Assembly: GCA_964508605.1 (NCBI GenBank)
Contig: CAZDUI010000003.1
Coordinates: 42,454-106,453, forward strand
Origin: an uncultured Weeksellaceae bacterium
Lineage (GTDB): Bacteria; Bacteroidota; Bacteroidia; Flavobacteriales_D; CAZDUI01
Reading direction: 5' to 3'
DNA length: 64,000 nt
Below the pieces are notes generated by a model that saw only the letters and a list, made by a program, of their open reading frames with translations, did no database searches and was not told the origin of the DNA. The translations under genes were made by a program, and so were the position numbers. Shown here piece by piece: positions 49,902 through 59,797 of the stretch; the first letter of the stretch is position 1, and every line of letters begins with the position of its first letter.

Positions 49902-51296
49902 ATGAAGTTAAGAAAAATTGAATTAAGACATGTGTTAACATTCATGTTATCATTGAATTATGTCGCAAATTCCCAAAACACTTTATTCCCAAACAATGGT
50001 GATCATATTTACCTTGTATGTAACGACAGTACGATTTTCGGATTGGGTAAAAACCATAACGGACAGATTGGTATTGGAAACACGACCTATCAGAATTCGG
50101 CAATTGCAATTAATAATATTAATAAAGTCAAGGGCGCGTTTGCAGGGTTGACTCATTCTTTTTTTATTAAAGATGACGGGACGGTTTGGGCAACTGGTGA
50201 AAATGATTACGGGCAATTAGCCGACGGCAGCACGGTATCAACAGATACTCCTATCAATTTGCCGGTTTTAAACGGAATCATTTCTAGCATAGCGGTCAGC
50301 AGCAAGCATACTCTTTTTCTTAATAATGATGGAACAGTTTTGGGTTGTGGTTCAAATACTTATGGTGAATTGGGTATTGGTAATAATTCAACACAAAATT
50401 CTCCGGTTCAAATACCTTCGCTAAATAATATAATTGATATTTCTGCCTCATGTGATAATGGTGCTCAACACTCATTATTCTTGAGAAATGATAGTACTGT
50501 ATGGGCTTGTGGGTACAACACCACAGGGTGTTTAGGTGATGGTACTAATGTTGATAGTAATTTACCTATTCAGGTGGGTGTTGCAGGAATTACGGCAATT
50601 GCTGCAGGCAGCAATTCTTCATACTTCTTAAAATCTGACAGTACTGTATGGGCCAGTGGATTTAATTCAAGTGGACAGCTTGGTTTAGGTAATACGGCGA
50701 ATCAAAGCACTCCGGTTCAAATACCGAGCCTATCAAAAGTAATAAAAATTTCCGCGGGCATGTTGCACGCATTATTTCTAAAGGAAGATGGCACTGTATG
50801 GTCCTGTGGTAATAATTTAGTTTCTCAGTTGGGGAGTTCATCTTTTGGTATGTTTTCAAGCGTAGTAGTTCAAGTGCCGGGCATCTCAGATGTTGTTGAT
50901 ATAAGTGCGGGTTTTCAGCATTCCCTTTTTCTTAAAAACGACGGCACGGTATGGGCTTCCGGTTTTGGACCATTTGGTCAGTCAACTACCCTTTCTAATC
51001 TAACGCAAATATCTTCACCATGTGCGGCTTCTACATCTATTCATTCTTCTGAGAATTTTTCTGATAACATTCAAGTATTCCCTAATCCTGCAACCGGTTT
51101 AATAACCATTACCAATATACCTGATAACTCAAATGTGAATATTGTAGATATTTCGGGAAAAACAATTGAGACTATTTCTATGATAAATGAAAATACAATA
51201 AACTTGAATGTGCTTCACTTGGAAAACGGTGTATATTTCTTTCATGTTATAAGTAATGGGTTTAATACAATTAAGAAAGTTGTTGTCAAGAATTAA
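49902..51296 (+). CDS. RCC1-repeat beta-propeller protein with a T9SS C-terminal sorting domain
   Basis: Seven ~50-aa repeats of the type DGTVWA.G.N..GQLG.G.T....P..I; C-terminal VFPNPATGLITI...NGVYFFHV Por_Secre_tail; signal peptide. Confidence 0.65.
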   Translation: MKLRKIELRHVLTFMLSLNYVANSQNTLFPNNGDHIYLVCNDSTIFGLGKNHNGQIGIGNTTYQNSAIAINNINKVKGAFAGLTHSFFIKDDGTVWATGENDYGQLADGSTVSTDTPINLPVLNGIISSIAVSSKHTLFLNNDGTVLGCGSNTYGELGIGNNSTQNSPVQIPSLNNIIDISASCDNGAQHSLFLRNDSTVWACGYNTTGCLGDGTNVDSNLPIQVGVAGITAIAAGSNSSYFLKSDSTVWASGFNSSGQLGLGNTANQSTPVQIPSLSKVIKISAGMLHALFLKEDGTVWSCGNNLVSQLGSSSFGMFSSVVVQVPGISDVVDISAGFQHSLFLKNDGTVWASGFGPFGQSTTLSNLTQISSPCAASTSIHSSENFSDNIQVFPNPATGLITITNIPDNSNVNIVDISGKTIETISMINENTINLNVLHLENGVYFFHVISNGFNTIKKVVVKN

Positions 51297-51430
51297 CCGG
51301 GTTGCCAGTGTTATGCCTTAAGTGAATAATATTCTGAACAGGTGTATACAAATTATTTATAGTCAGTTATTTATTCTTTTCAATGAATTTCTGTTTACCT
51401 TTGCGAACTAACCTTAAAAAGTGATGTCGC

Positions 51431-52432
51431 ATGGCAAAAATTAAGACCCTGGGAGAGTTTATTGTTGAAAAGCAACACGAATTTCCTTTCGCATCAGGCG
51501 ACCTGACCAAATTATTGAGCAGTATCCGGTTGGCTTCTAAAATAATCAATCGTGAAGTAAATAAGGCCGGTTTATCTTCTGATATTTTAGGAAGTGCCGG
51601 CAGCGAGAATATTCAGGGTGAAACCCAGCAGAAACTGGATGTTTATGCCGACAACCAGATGATTTATGCGTTAAAAGCACGGGGAGAGGTTTGCGCTATT
51701 GCCAGTGAAGAGAATGACGATTTTGTTGTATTTGACAACGACCTGTCCCGCAAAGGAAAGTACATTGTATTGTTTGACCCCTTAGACGGAAGCAGTAACA
51801 TAGACGTTAATGTTAGTATTGGCACCATCTTCAGTATTTTCATAAGGTTAAACCCGGAAAAGCCCGTGTGTGTTGAAGATTTTTTACAGCCCGGCAATAA
51901 ACAGGTAGCCGCAGGTTACGTAATTTACGGCAGCAGTACCATGTTGGTTTACACCACAGGTCACGGTGTAAATGGCTTTACTTTGGATCCGTCTATTGGT
52001 ACTTTTTGTTTATCGCATCCCAACATACGCATACCTGAAAACGGTAAGATTTACAGTGTGAACGAAGGAAATTTTGAACTGTTTGATCAGGGCATGAAGA
52101 ACTATATTCGTTATTGTCAACAAGAAGATAAGAATACAGGAAGACCGTATTCCGGCAGATATATCGGTTCACTGGTGGCCGACTTTCATCGTAATCTACT
52201 CAAAGGCGGTATTTATATTTATCCGGCAACCCGCAAAGACCCATCCGGAAAGTTAAGACTGATGTATGAATGTAATCCTTTGGCAATGATTGCTGAGCAA
52301 GCCGGAGGTGCTGCCACCGACGGAAAGCACCGGATACTTGAAATTATACCTGAAAAATTGCATCAGCGGGTACCGTTTTTTGTAGGTAGCAAAAACATGG
52401 TTGCTAAAGCCGAGCTAATGCTTCGTGAATAG
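51431..52432 (+). CDS. fbp: fructose-1,6-bisphosphatase class 1
   Basis: 333 aa; FBPase-I metal and sugar-phosphate motifs ([16 protein letters not shown]). Confidence 0.9.
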   Translation: MAKIKTLGEFIVEKQHEFPFASGDLTKLLSSIRLASKIINREVNKAGLSSDILGSAGSENIQGETQQKLDVYADNQMIYALKARGEVCAIASEENDDFVVFDNDLSRKGKYIVLFDPLDGSSNIDVNVSIGTIFSIFIRLNPEKPVCVEDFLQPGNKQVAAGYVIYGSSTMLVYTTGHGVNGFTLDPSIGTFCLSHPNIRIPENGKIYSVNEGNFELFDQGMKNYIRYCQQEDKNTGRPYSGRYIGSLVADFHRNLLKGGIYIYPATRKDPSGKLRLMYECNPLAMIAEQAGGAATDGKHRILEIIPEKLHQRVPFFVGSKNMVAKAELMLRE

Positions 52433-52473
52433 TAAAAATATAGAATAACGCTGATAAGCTATATCTTCGCCCT

Positions 52474-53547
52474 GTGATTTTACTCCGTATTCTCGCGTTG
52501 CCTTTTATGCCTCTGTATCTGTTGGCAGTAGCAATCCGAAACCTGATGTACCGGATGAAGCTTTATAAAAGCAGCAGGTTTGACATGCCTGTAATTTGCA
52601 TAGGTAATTTAAGTACCGGAGGTACCGGTAAAACCCCCCACACCGAGTATCTAGCCGGGCTGCTGAAGCCGGTGATGAATGTGGCTGTTCTTAGCAGGGG
52701 ATATGGCAGAAAAACCAGTGGTTTTAAACAATTGATGCCCGGAGATTCAGCTTTTGATTGTGGTGACGAACCTTTGCAGATATATCAAAGGTTTGGCGGC
52801 GAAATACCGGTTTTTGTGCACGAAAAGAGGGTACAAGGTGTTTTACAACTGCTTGAAAATAAACCGGAAACAGATATCGTTTTGCTAGATGATGCCTTTC
52901 AGCACAGGGCATTGTCAGCAGGATTGAATATTTTACTCACCGATTACGCCGCACCCTTCTGGAGAGATTTACCCTTGCCTGTTGGAAATTTGCGTGAATT
53001 CAGAAATGGGGCAAAACGCGCAGACATCGTTGTAGTCACTAAAAGTCCTATTGATTTAACAGCCGAAGAAAGGCGGAATATTCAAAATAAGATTCACACA
53101 TACACAGCTGCTCAGGTGGTTTTCAGTAGTATTCAATACAATGAACTTTCACCCTGGAATCGTTCTGCAAAACAGAATCAAGGAACCATCGGAAATTTTA
53201 TTGTACTTACCGGAATAGCCAATCCAAAACCCTTGTTGAATCAATTGCAAAAGGAAGGAAGAGTTTTAAAACACGTTTCATTTCCAGATCATTACAAATT
53301 CAAACAAGAGGATTTGAAGCAGATTTGCGAAATATTTTCTACCTTCGAAGGTTCTACACCGGTTTTGGTAACAACAGCAAAAGATGCTGTTCGTTTGTCA
53401 GCTACCGATGGTGTAGAATGTTTAAAGAATATTCCGGTTTTTGTGCGGCAAATTTCGGTAGATTTTGGAGAGGACAAAGAACTTTTTGAAACCATAGTTT
53501 TGAAGTATGTTAGAGAAAATAAGGCAGACAGCGAAGTATTTGAATGA
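52474..53547 (+). CDS. lpxK: tetraacyldisaccharide 4'-kinase
   Basis: P-loop ICIGNLSTGGTGKTP; 357 aa. Confidence 0.85.
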   Translation: MILLRILALPFMPLYLLAVAIRNLMYRMKLYKSSRFDMPVICIGNLSTGGTGKTPHTEYLAGLLKPVMNVAVLSRGYGRKTSGFKQLMPGDSAFDCGDEPLQIYQRFGGEIPVFVHEKRVQGVLQLLENKPETDIVLLDDAFQHRALSAGLNILLTDYAAPFWRDLPLPVGNLREFRNGAKRADIVVVTKSPIDLTAEERRNIQNKIHTYTAAQVVFSSIQYNELSPWNRSAKQNQGTIGNFIVLTGIANPKPLLNQLQKEGRVLKHVSFPDHYKFKQEDLKQICEIFSTFEGSTPVLVTTAKDAVRLSATDGVECLKNIPVFVRQISVDFGEDKELFETIVLKYVRENKADSEVFE

Positions 53548-54319
53548 CAGGACGGGGATAACGCCTGATGTGGGAATTGTTTTAGGAACCGGGCTGGGAG
53601 GACTGGTTGGTGAAATTGACATTCAGTTCAGCATTCCGTACCAAGAAATTCCTGATTTCCCTCTTTCAACCGTTGAGGGTCATAGCGGAAGACTGATTTA
53701 TGGTAAAATTGGAAACAAAACAGTGGTTGCCATGCAGGGCCGGTTTCATTATTATGAAGGCTATTCCATGCAGCAGGTTACTTTTCCTATAAGGGTAATG
53801 AAATTTTTGGGTATTAAGAATTTGGTACTGAGTAATGCCAGCGGGGGGGTGAATCCTGATTATGAAATTGGCACCATTATGATTCTTAATGACCATATAA
53901 ATCTTTTTCCCGACACACCCCTTCGGGGTAAAAATATCAGTGAACTGGGACCCCGTTTCCCTGATATGAGTGAGGTATATAACAAAGGATTGATAAAGAA
54001 GGCACTTGAAATAGCAGCCCAGAATAAGATACCCGTTGAACAAGGTGTGTATGCCGGATTAAGTGGCCCGTGTCTTGAAACTCCGGCGGAATATCGTTAT
54101 ATACGCATTATTGGTGCCGATGCAGTGGGTATGAGTACTGTACCTGAAGCCATGGTTGCACATCACATGGGTATCCCTATTTTTGCAGTATCTATTATAA
54201 CCGATATCGGTGTTGCCGGACGCATTGTTAAGGTTACGCATGAAGATGTTCAACGTGTTGCAGCCTCTGTTGAACCCAAAATGACACTTATTATTAAAGA
54301 ATTGATTACTTCTCTGTGA
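53507..54319 (+). CDS. purine nucleoside phosphorylase (trimeric PNP family, PunA/XapA-like)
   Basis: GIVLGTGLGG, VEGHSGRL and GMSTVPE motifs. Confidence 0.85.
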   Translation: MLEKIRQTAKYLNDRTGITPDVGIVLGTGLGGLVGEIDIQFSIPYQEIPDFPLSTVEGHSGRLIYGKIGNKTVVAMQGRFHYYEGYSMQQVTFPIRVMKFLGIKNLVLSNASGGVNPDYEIGTIMILNDHINLFPDTPLRGKNISELGPRFPDMSEVYNKGLIKKALEIAAQNKIPVEQGVYAGLSGPCLETPAEYRYIRIIGADAVGMSTVPEAMVAHHMGIPIFAVSIITDIGVAGRIVKVTHEDVQRVAASVEPKMTLIIKELITSL

Positions 54320-55776
54320 TGGATTCGGTTTACAATAAATATCAGGTAGTTATTGGCTTAGAAATTCACGCGCAGCTGAATACACGCAGTAAAGCATACA
54401 GCAGTGATCCCAATCGCTATGGCGACCATCCTAATACCTTAATCTCCCCGGTTACACTGGGTTTACCCGGAACTTTACCGCGCATGAATAAAAAGGTTAT
54501 TGACCATGCTATACGGTTAGGCCTTGCTGTAAATGCAGAAATTCACCAACACATGATTTTTGCACGCAAAAATTATTTCTACCCAGACCTTCCCAAAGGA
54601 TATCAAATCACTCAGGATAAAACGCCCATTTGTACCGGAGGATTTATTGAAATTAAAGATGATGAAGGTAACCCCAAGAAAATTAGACTGGTAAGAATTC
54701 ACATGGAGGAGGACGCAGGAAAGAGCATTCACGACTTAGACCCATACAATACACTGGTTGACCTGAACAGAGCCGGAGTTCCTCTGGTTGAGATTGTAAG
54801 CCAACCTGATATCCGTTCATCGCAGGAGGCATATAATTATGTTACTGAAGTGCGCAGGTTGGTTCGCTATCTTGATATTTGTGACGGTAACATGGAGGAG
54901 GGCAGTTTGCGTTGTGATGCCAATATTTCTGTGATGCTGAAGGGAAGTGCCAAATTCGGACGGCGCGTTGAGGTAAAAAACATGAACTCTATCCGGAATG
55001 TACAACGCGCTATTGAATTTGAAATAAAAAGACAGGTGGACATTATTGAGCAGGGGGGGGTGGTAGACATGGACACAAGGTCGTTTGACGCAGGAACAGG
55101 TATCACCATCAGCATGCGTAGTAAAGAAGACGCCATGGATTACAGGTATTTTCCTGAACCCGATTTGCAACCGGTTACTATCTCAAAGGAGCATATTCAG
55201 CAAATTGAATTGAACATGCCTCCACTGCCTTCGGCATTGTATAAAAAGTACACCGAGCATCTAAAACTAAGTGATTACGATGCTCAGGTACTTACCGACA
55301 GTAAGGAAATTGCGTTGTATTTTGAGAAGGTACTTGAATATACTGACCAACCCAAAGCTGCTGCCAACTGGATTATGGGTGAGGTAAAGAGCTGGATGAA
55401 TCAGAATGCGCGACATATAAGCGAGTTTCCATTGAAGCCGGCTAGTATTGCTCAGCTGATTGATATTGTAAAAAGCGACAAAGTAAGTCATACGGTAGCG
55501 GCTCAGAAAATTTTTCCAATATTAGTTGAAAACCCGGAAAAAACACCTGAGGCCATTGCAGAAGCAAATAACTGGTTGCAGGTAGGTGATGAGGAGTTTA
55601 TTCGTTCGCTGGTAAAGCTTGCCGTGGAGCAAAATCCTGCGCAGGTAACGAAATATAAGGCAGGCAATAAAGGAGTGGTGGGGTTTTTTATGGGAGAAGT
55701 TATGAAGCAGAGTCAGGGAAAGGCCGACCCGCGTACGGCAAGTAAATTAGTAACTGAGATTCTTGAAAAATTATGA
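54316..55776 (+). CDS. gatB: Asp-tRNA(Asn)/Glu-tRNA(Gln) amidotransferase subunit B
   Basis: YQVVIGLEIHAQLNT start; 486 aa; GatB pattern throughout. Confidence 0.9.
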   Translation: MMDSVYNKYQVVIGLEIHAQLNTRSKAYSSDPNRYGDHPNTLISPVTLGLPGTLPRMNKKVIDHAIRLGLAVNAEIHQHMIFARKNYFYPDLPKGYQITQDKTPICTGGFIEIKDDEGNPKKIRLVRIHMEEDAGKSIHDLDPYNTLVDLNRAGVPLVEIVSQPDIRSSQEAYNYVTEVRRLVRYLDICDGNMEEGSLRCDANISVMLKGSAKFGRRVEVKNMNSIRNVQRAIEFEIKRQVDIIEQGGVVDMDTRSFDAGTGITISMRSKEDAMDYRYFPEPDLQPVTISKEHIQQIELNMPPLPSALYKKYTEHLKLSDYDAQVLTDSKEIALYFEKVLEYTDQPKAAANWIMGEVKSWMNQNARHISEFPLKPASIAQLIDIVKSDKVSHTVAAQKIFPILVENPEKTPEAIAEANNWLQVGDEEFIRSLVKLAVEQNPAQVTKYKAGNKGVVGFFMGEVMKQSQGKADPRTASKLVTEILEKL

Positions 55777-57008
55777 GAAATTTTATTTGGATGGCGTTAG
55801 TGGTTATGGGTATCCAGGGGTGTGGAGGGGATGAAAAATCCTCCCCTGAAGCAACTGATAACAAACAGGATAAACAAAATATTAAGGGCTTGGTAATTAC
55901 CGGTACTCTGGAAGGTGGTGCCGGACTTACCCTTCAGTTAAACCTTTTTGATGCCGGTACCTGGCGAACCATTTCGTCTGTAAAAGTTTCTGAAAGTGGC
56001 ACATATAGTTTAAATAGTACTGTCAAGGGTTTTAGGGTGTATAGAATGAATGTTGAAAACACCACCACCAACGATTTTGTAATGCTTTTGCTGAATGAGA
56101 ACGAAAGTCCGGTTATAAATGCCCGTGCAGGTAATTTATTTAAAACTGCTACCATTAAAGGCTCGGAAAATTCTGAATTATTAATGGAGTACCAGCAAAA
56201 TCTTCTGCCACTGTCAGCTCAAATGGATTCTTTGGGTAAGGCCAGAGAGAAGCTGCCTTATGAAGACAAAGCAGGGATGGATAAACTACTTGCCGAAGTG
56301 GAAGAGCTGCGTCAGAAAATATGGAATATTCAGTTGGACATTGTAAAGAACAATGCGGGTTTACCGGCATCTTTTTTAGTGGGCATGGATTATTTGGGTA
56401 CACGGTTTAACAGCGGGAAATTTGAAGAAGGAGATGTTGAAATTATCAAGGCAAATCTGGAGTCTTTGAAAAGTGTTATGCCTGACGATGCCTTTACGGC
56501 CGACGCAGCTTTCCAGTTAGAGCAAATGGTGAACAACATGAATATGCAGCATGAAATGCAGAAAATGCAATCCATGGGAGGAATTAAGCCCGGTGTTGAA
56601 GCGCCCGATATAACATTGAGTAATCCGCAAGGTAATCCTGTTAGTTTAAAAAGTTTAAGAGGAAAATATGTGTTGATTGATTTCTGGGCGTCGTGGTGTG
56701 GACCCTGCCGAAGAGAAAATCCTCATGTAGTTCAAATTTACAACAAGTACAAATTGATGGGATTTGAAATTTTTAGTGTTTCGCTGGATAAAGATCACAC
56801 TAAATGGGTTGAAGCTATTAAACAAGACGGACTTCTTTGGCCGTATCATGTAAGCGATTTGAAGTTTTGGGATTCCGCTGCTGCAAAATTGTACGGTGTC
56901 AATTCTATACCTTTTACTGTTTTGATTGATAAAGAAGGCAAGATTATTGAGACAGGATTACGGGCGGCTTCGCTTGAGCAAAAGTTAAAATCCATCTTCG
57001 GCAAATAA
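55773..57008 (+). CDS. TlpA-like thiol-disulfide oxidoreductase (AhpC/TSA redoxin) with an N-terminal DUF4369-like domain
   Basis: Lipoprotein-type signal (GIQGC); C-terminal thioredoxin fold with FWASWCGPCRRENP. Confidence 0.7.
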   Translation: MRNFIWMALVVMGIQGCGGDEKSSPEATDNKQDKQNIKGLVITGTLEGGAGLTLQLNLFDAGTWRTISSVKVSESGTYSLNSTVKGFRVYRMNVENTTTNDFVMLLLNENESPVINARAGNLFKTATIKGSENSELLMEYQQNLLPLSAQMDSLGKAREKLPYEDKAGMDKLLAEVEELRQKIWNIQLDIVKNNAGLPASFLVGMDYLGTRFNSGKFEEGDVEIIKANLESLKSVMPDDAFTADAAFQLEQMVNNMNMQHEMQKMQSMGGIKPGVEAPDITLSNPQGNPVSLKSLRGKYVLIDFWASWCGPCRRENPHVVQIYNKYKLMGFEIFSVSLDKDHTKWVEAIKQDGLLWPYHVSDLKFWDSAAAKLYGVNSIPFTVLIDKEGKIIETGLRAASLEQKLKSIFGK

Positions 57009-57014
57009 ATTCGT

Positions 57015-58130
57015 ATGAATCTGAAAAGTTCCCTTTTATTTTCATTCTTACTGGCACAAGGCCTATATGGAACACAGTGTTTAAGTCAGAAACAAAAACA
57101 GACCGAAATAAAAGGCTCACTGCAGGGCAGCTACAATGGACCGGTGTATTTGCAACGACTGATTGACAATAAACCCGTTGTGCTGGATTCTGTGATTCTT
57201 TCAGGCAAAAATGAAATGCAGTCGTTTCAGTTTAGAACAGACAGACCCCGTGTTGATTATTACAGACTGGTACTAAAAGATCAGCAAGGCTTACTTTTTG
57301 CCATTGATTCTGCGGCTTCCAAAATAGAATTTACATCGCAGGTTGAAAATTTTGGTGTGAACTATGTTGTAACGGGTAGTGAATCAAGTAGTGCCATTGC
57401 CCAATTTACACACAAAGAATGGAGGGTAAAAACCACAATGGATTCATTGAATGTGGTGGGAACTGCTAAACCGGAACTTAGAAATCAGTTGTCGGTTGAG
57501 GCTAATAAACTGGATGCAGACTTCAGAAAATACCGAACTGAATTTATTGAAAAAAACCTGAATAATGCCGCCGTTCTTTTACCGATAAGATACATAAATG
57601 CACAGCAGGAGCCGGAATTGTTCGGCAAAATAGCTGCAGCAGTAAGAAAATCAATGAAAGGTAATTATTATCAGCTGCAAATTGAGCAACAAATGCGCGG
57701 TATGTTACTTACAGGATCTGAAGCTCCCGATTTATCTTTTAATAACCCTGATGGAGTACCGATGAAATTAAGTGATTTGCGCGGAAATGTGGTTTTAATT
57801 GACTTTTGGGCTTCATGGTGCGGACCTTGCCGCAGGGAAAATCCGGCGGTGGTGGCATTATATAACAAGTACAAGGATAAAGGGTTCACCATCTACAGCG
57901 TTTCTCTGGATCAGTCGTACGACAAGTGGGTGCAGGCAATACAAGCGGACGGACTTATCTGGCCCAATCATGTAAGTGATTTAAAAGGATGGCAAAGTGA
58001 ACCCGCGGCGCTGTATGGCGTAAAGAGCATTCCTTCAACAGTTTTATTGGATAAAGAAGGAAAGGTAATCGCTACAAAGCTGCGCGGTCAACAATTGGAG
58101 ATGAAACTCATAGAAATTTTTGGTTTCTAG
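57015..58130 (+). CDS. TlpA-like thiol-disulfide oxidoreductase, tandem paralog
   Basis: The same FWASWCGPCRRENP motif and the same architecture. Confidence 0.7.
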   Translation: MNLKSSLLFSFLLAQGLYGTQCLSQKQKQTEIKGSLQGSYNGPVYLQRLIDNKPVVLDSVILSGKNEMQSFQFRTDRPRVDYYRLVLKDQQGLLFAIDSAASKIEFTSQVENFGVNYVVTGSESSSAIAQFTHKEWRVKTTMDSLNVVGTAKPELRNQLSVEANKLDADFRKYRTEFIEKNLNNAAVLLPIRYINAQQEPELFGKIAAAVRKSMKGNYYQLQIEQQMRGMLLTGSEAPDLSFNNPDGVPMKLSDLRGNVVLIDFWASWCGPCRRENPAVVALYNKYKDKGFTIYSVSLDQSYDKWVQAIQADGLIWPNHVSDLKGWQSEPAALYGVKSIPSTVLLDKEGKVIATKLRGQQLEMKLIEIFGF

Positions 58131-58301
58131 GTTTTCTGAACTCATTTTAGAAGTTCCCTTTATACTAAGAATTCATGGATTTTATTTGAAGTGGAGCGTT
58201 TGTATTTCGCGGTATTAACTCCCGGATGGTAAAATTAATTAAGTTGATTTGCACAAGTTCAATTAATTACGTATTATTACCTTTTCAAAAGCAAAAAAAT
58301 T

Positions 58302-58850
58302 ATGACTTCAGATGTTTGGCTGAAATGTGTTTTATTATTGCTGCCGGTATTTTTCATTGGGAATGCCACTGCTCAAAACAGTTGTTCGAATCCGGATACA
58401 TTGGTTACGGGCGGATATTATACAATTAATTTACCGGTTGGTACCGGTAGTGCACCTTCAGGACCGGATTATGGTTGTTTAACCAGTCAGAATAGTCCTA
58501 CCTGGTTCTTTATGAATATATGTGAGCCCGGCGATATTGAATTTCAAATTACTTCCGGTGGTTCGGGCACAGACATAGATTTTATTTGCTGGGGCCCTAT
58601 CAATTCTGTTTCGTCATTGTCTGACATGTGTTCACAGGTTTCTGCCCAGACGGTTTCCATAGAAGATTGGAGTTTTTCTCAGAGTTATATAGAGACCATA
58701 AACATCACCAGAGCTGCAGCAGGGGAATTTTATCTGGTGATGATAACCAATTTTACTGATTTGGCAGGTACTATTAACATTCAACAAATTGGGGGTACCG
58801 GTATTACCTGCGACAGTATTGTTGCGAATAGTGCTTTCTGCAGTACATAG
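58302..58850 (+). CDS. secreted protein, N-terminal part of a probably interrupted T9SS cargo gene
   Basis: Signal peptide; ends at TAG 58848-58850, in the same reading frame as the next ORF. Confidence 0.4.
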   Translation: MTSDVWLKCVLLLLPVFFIGNATAQNSCSNPDTLVTGGYYTINLPVGTGSAPSGPDYGCLTSQNSPTWFFMNICEPGDIEFQITSGGSGTDIDFICWGPINSVSSLSDMCSQVSAQTVSIEDWSFSQSYIETINITRAAAGEFYLVMITNFTDLAGTINIQQIGGTGITCDSIVANSAFCST

Positions 58851-58874
58851 ACACAACAAATTTGTGAGGTCACC

Positions 58875-59663
58875 ATGAATGACTCAGCAACACATTGTAA
58901 AGTTGTTTGGGAAAAAACTCCAATGCTTGCCGATGAAACCTATTACATATACCGTTTGAATTACCTCTCGGTTTACGAACTTTTAGATAGTGTTCAGGCT
59001 CCCGATTCCAGCTATTATATTGATTATTCTTCATCACCTGCTGCAAGCAGTTACAGGTATAAGATTTCCAGAAAGGATTCTTGCGGAAATATTACAGCAT
59101 TATCGCAGATGCACCAATCGATTCATTTACAAGCCTCAACAGGTACCGGTCAAGTAAACCTCTCCTGGAGTGAATATCTGGGAATTTCAATTCCTACTTA
59201 CTACATTTCCAGGGGCACCGATCCATGGAATATGAGTGTTCTTGACTCTATTTCAGCAGTTTTTGTGTCCTATTCCGATTTGAACCCAAATCCGTCGGAG
59301 CCATATTATCAAATTCGGATGGTAAATCCAAATCCGTGCAATATTACACGGTCGCAGTTACCTTATGTCGTATCAAATGTATCAGGTTCGGTTCTTCCTT
59401 CCGGCATACCTTCAGCAAATGGTGTTAAATTGCGCGTGTATCCGAATCCTGCAAGAGAAATAATTCATTTTGTAATGGAGAAATTTACGCATCAAAAACT
59501 GTTAATATCCGTAACCGATATAGTAGGGAACGATTTGCTGGAAGTACCACTGAAAGAGGGACGTGCAACAGTGAATCTTAGCAATTTCTCAAAGGGAATG
59601 TATTTCTACGCTATTCATGATAAAGGGATTCCCATTACTACAGGGAAATTTGCTGTAGAATAA
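58875..59663 (+). CDS. FN3-like plus T9SS C-terminal sorting domain protein (C-terminal part; no signal peptide of its own)
   Basis: LRVYPNPAREIIHF...KGMYFYAI CTD; in frame with the upstream ORF (24 nt apart, separated only by the single TAG). Confidence 0.45.
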   Translation: MNDSATHCKVVWEKTPMLADETYYIYRLNYLSVYELLDSVQAPDSSYYIDYSSSPAASSYRYKISRKDSCGNITALSQMHQSIHLQASTGTGQVNLSWSEYLGISIPTYYISRGTDPWNMSVLDSISAVFVSYSDLNPNPSEPYYQIRMVNPNPCNITRSQLPYVVSNVSGSVLPSGIPSANGVKLRVYPNPAREIIHFVMEKFTHQKLLISVTDIVGNDLLEVPLKEGRATVNLSNFSKGMYFYAIHDKGIPITTGKFAVE

Positions 59664-59797
59664 ACAGGTATTGACCATTTCGTAAAAATGGGTTCACTGA
59701 AATTGCGGTTAGCAATTTTTTCTCACTTCGGTAATACATTCAGTAATCCATATTAAAACCGTTATATTTCTTTGAATCCTCTATCTTTGACCTTTGT

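Noticed and set aside
58848-58850. Possibility that TAG is a reassigned sense codon
   Set aside because: TAG terminates other well-supported genes in the window, for example tlpA paralog 2 at 58128-58130 and the 158-aa gene at 49788-49790, so the standard code applies.
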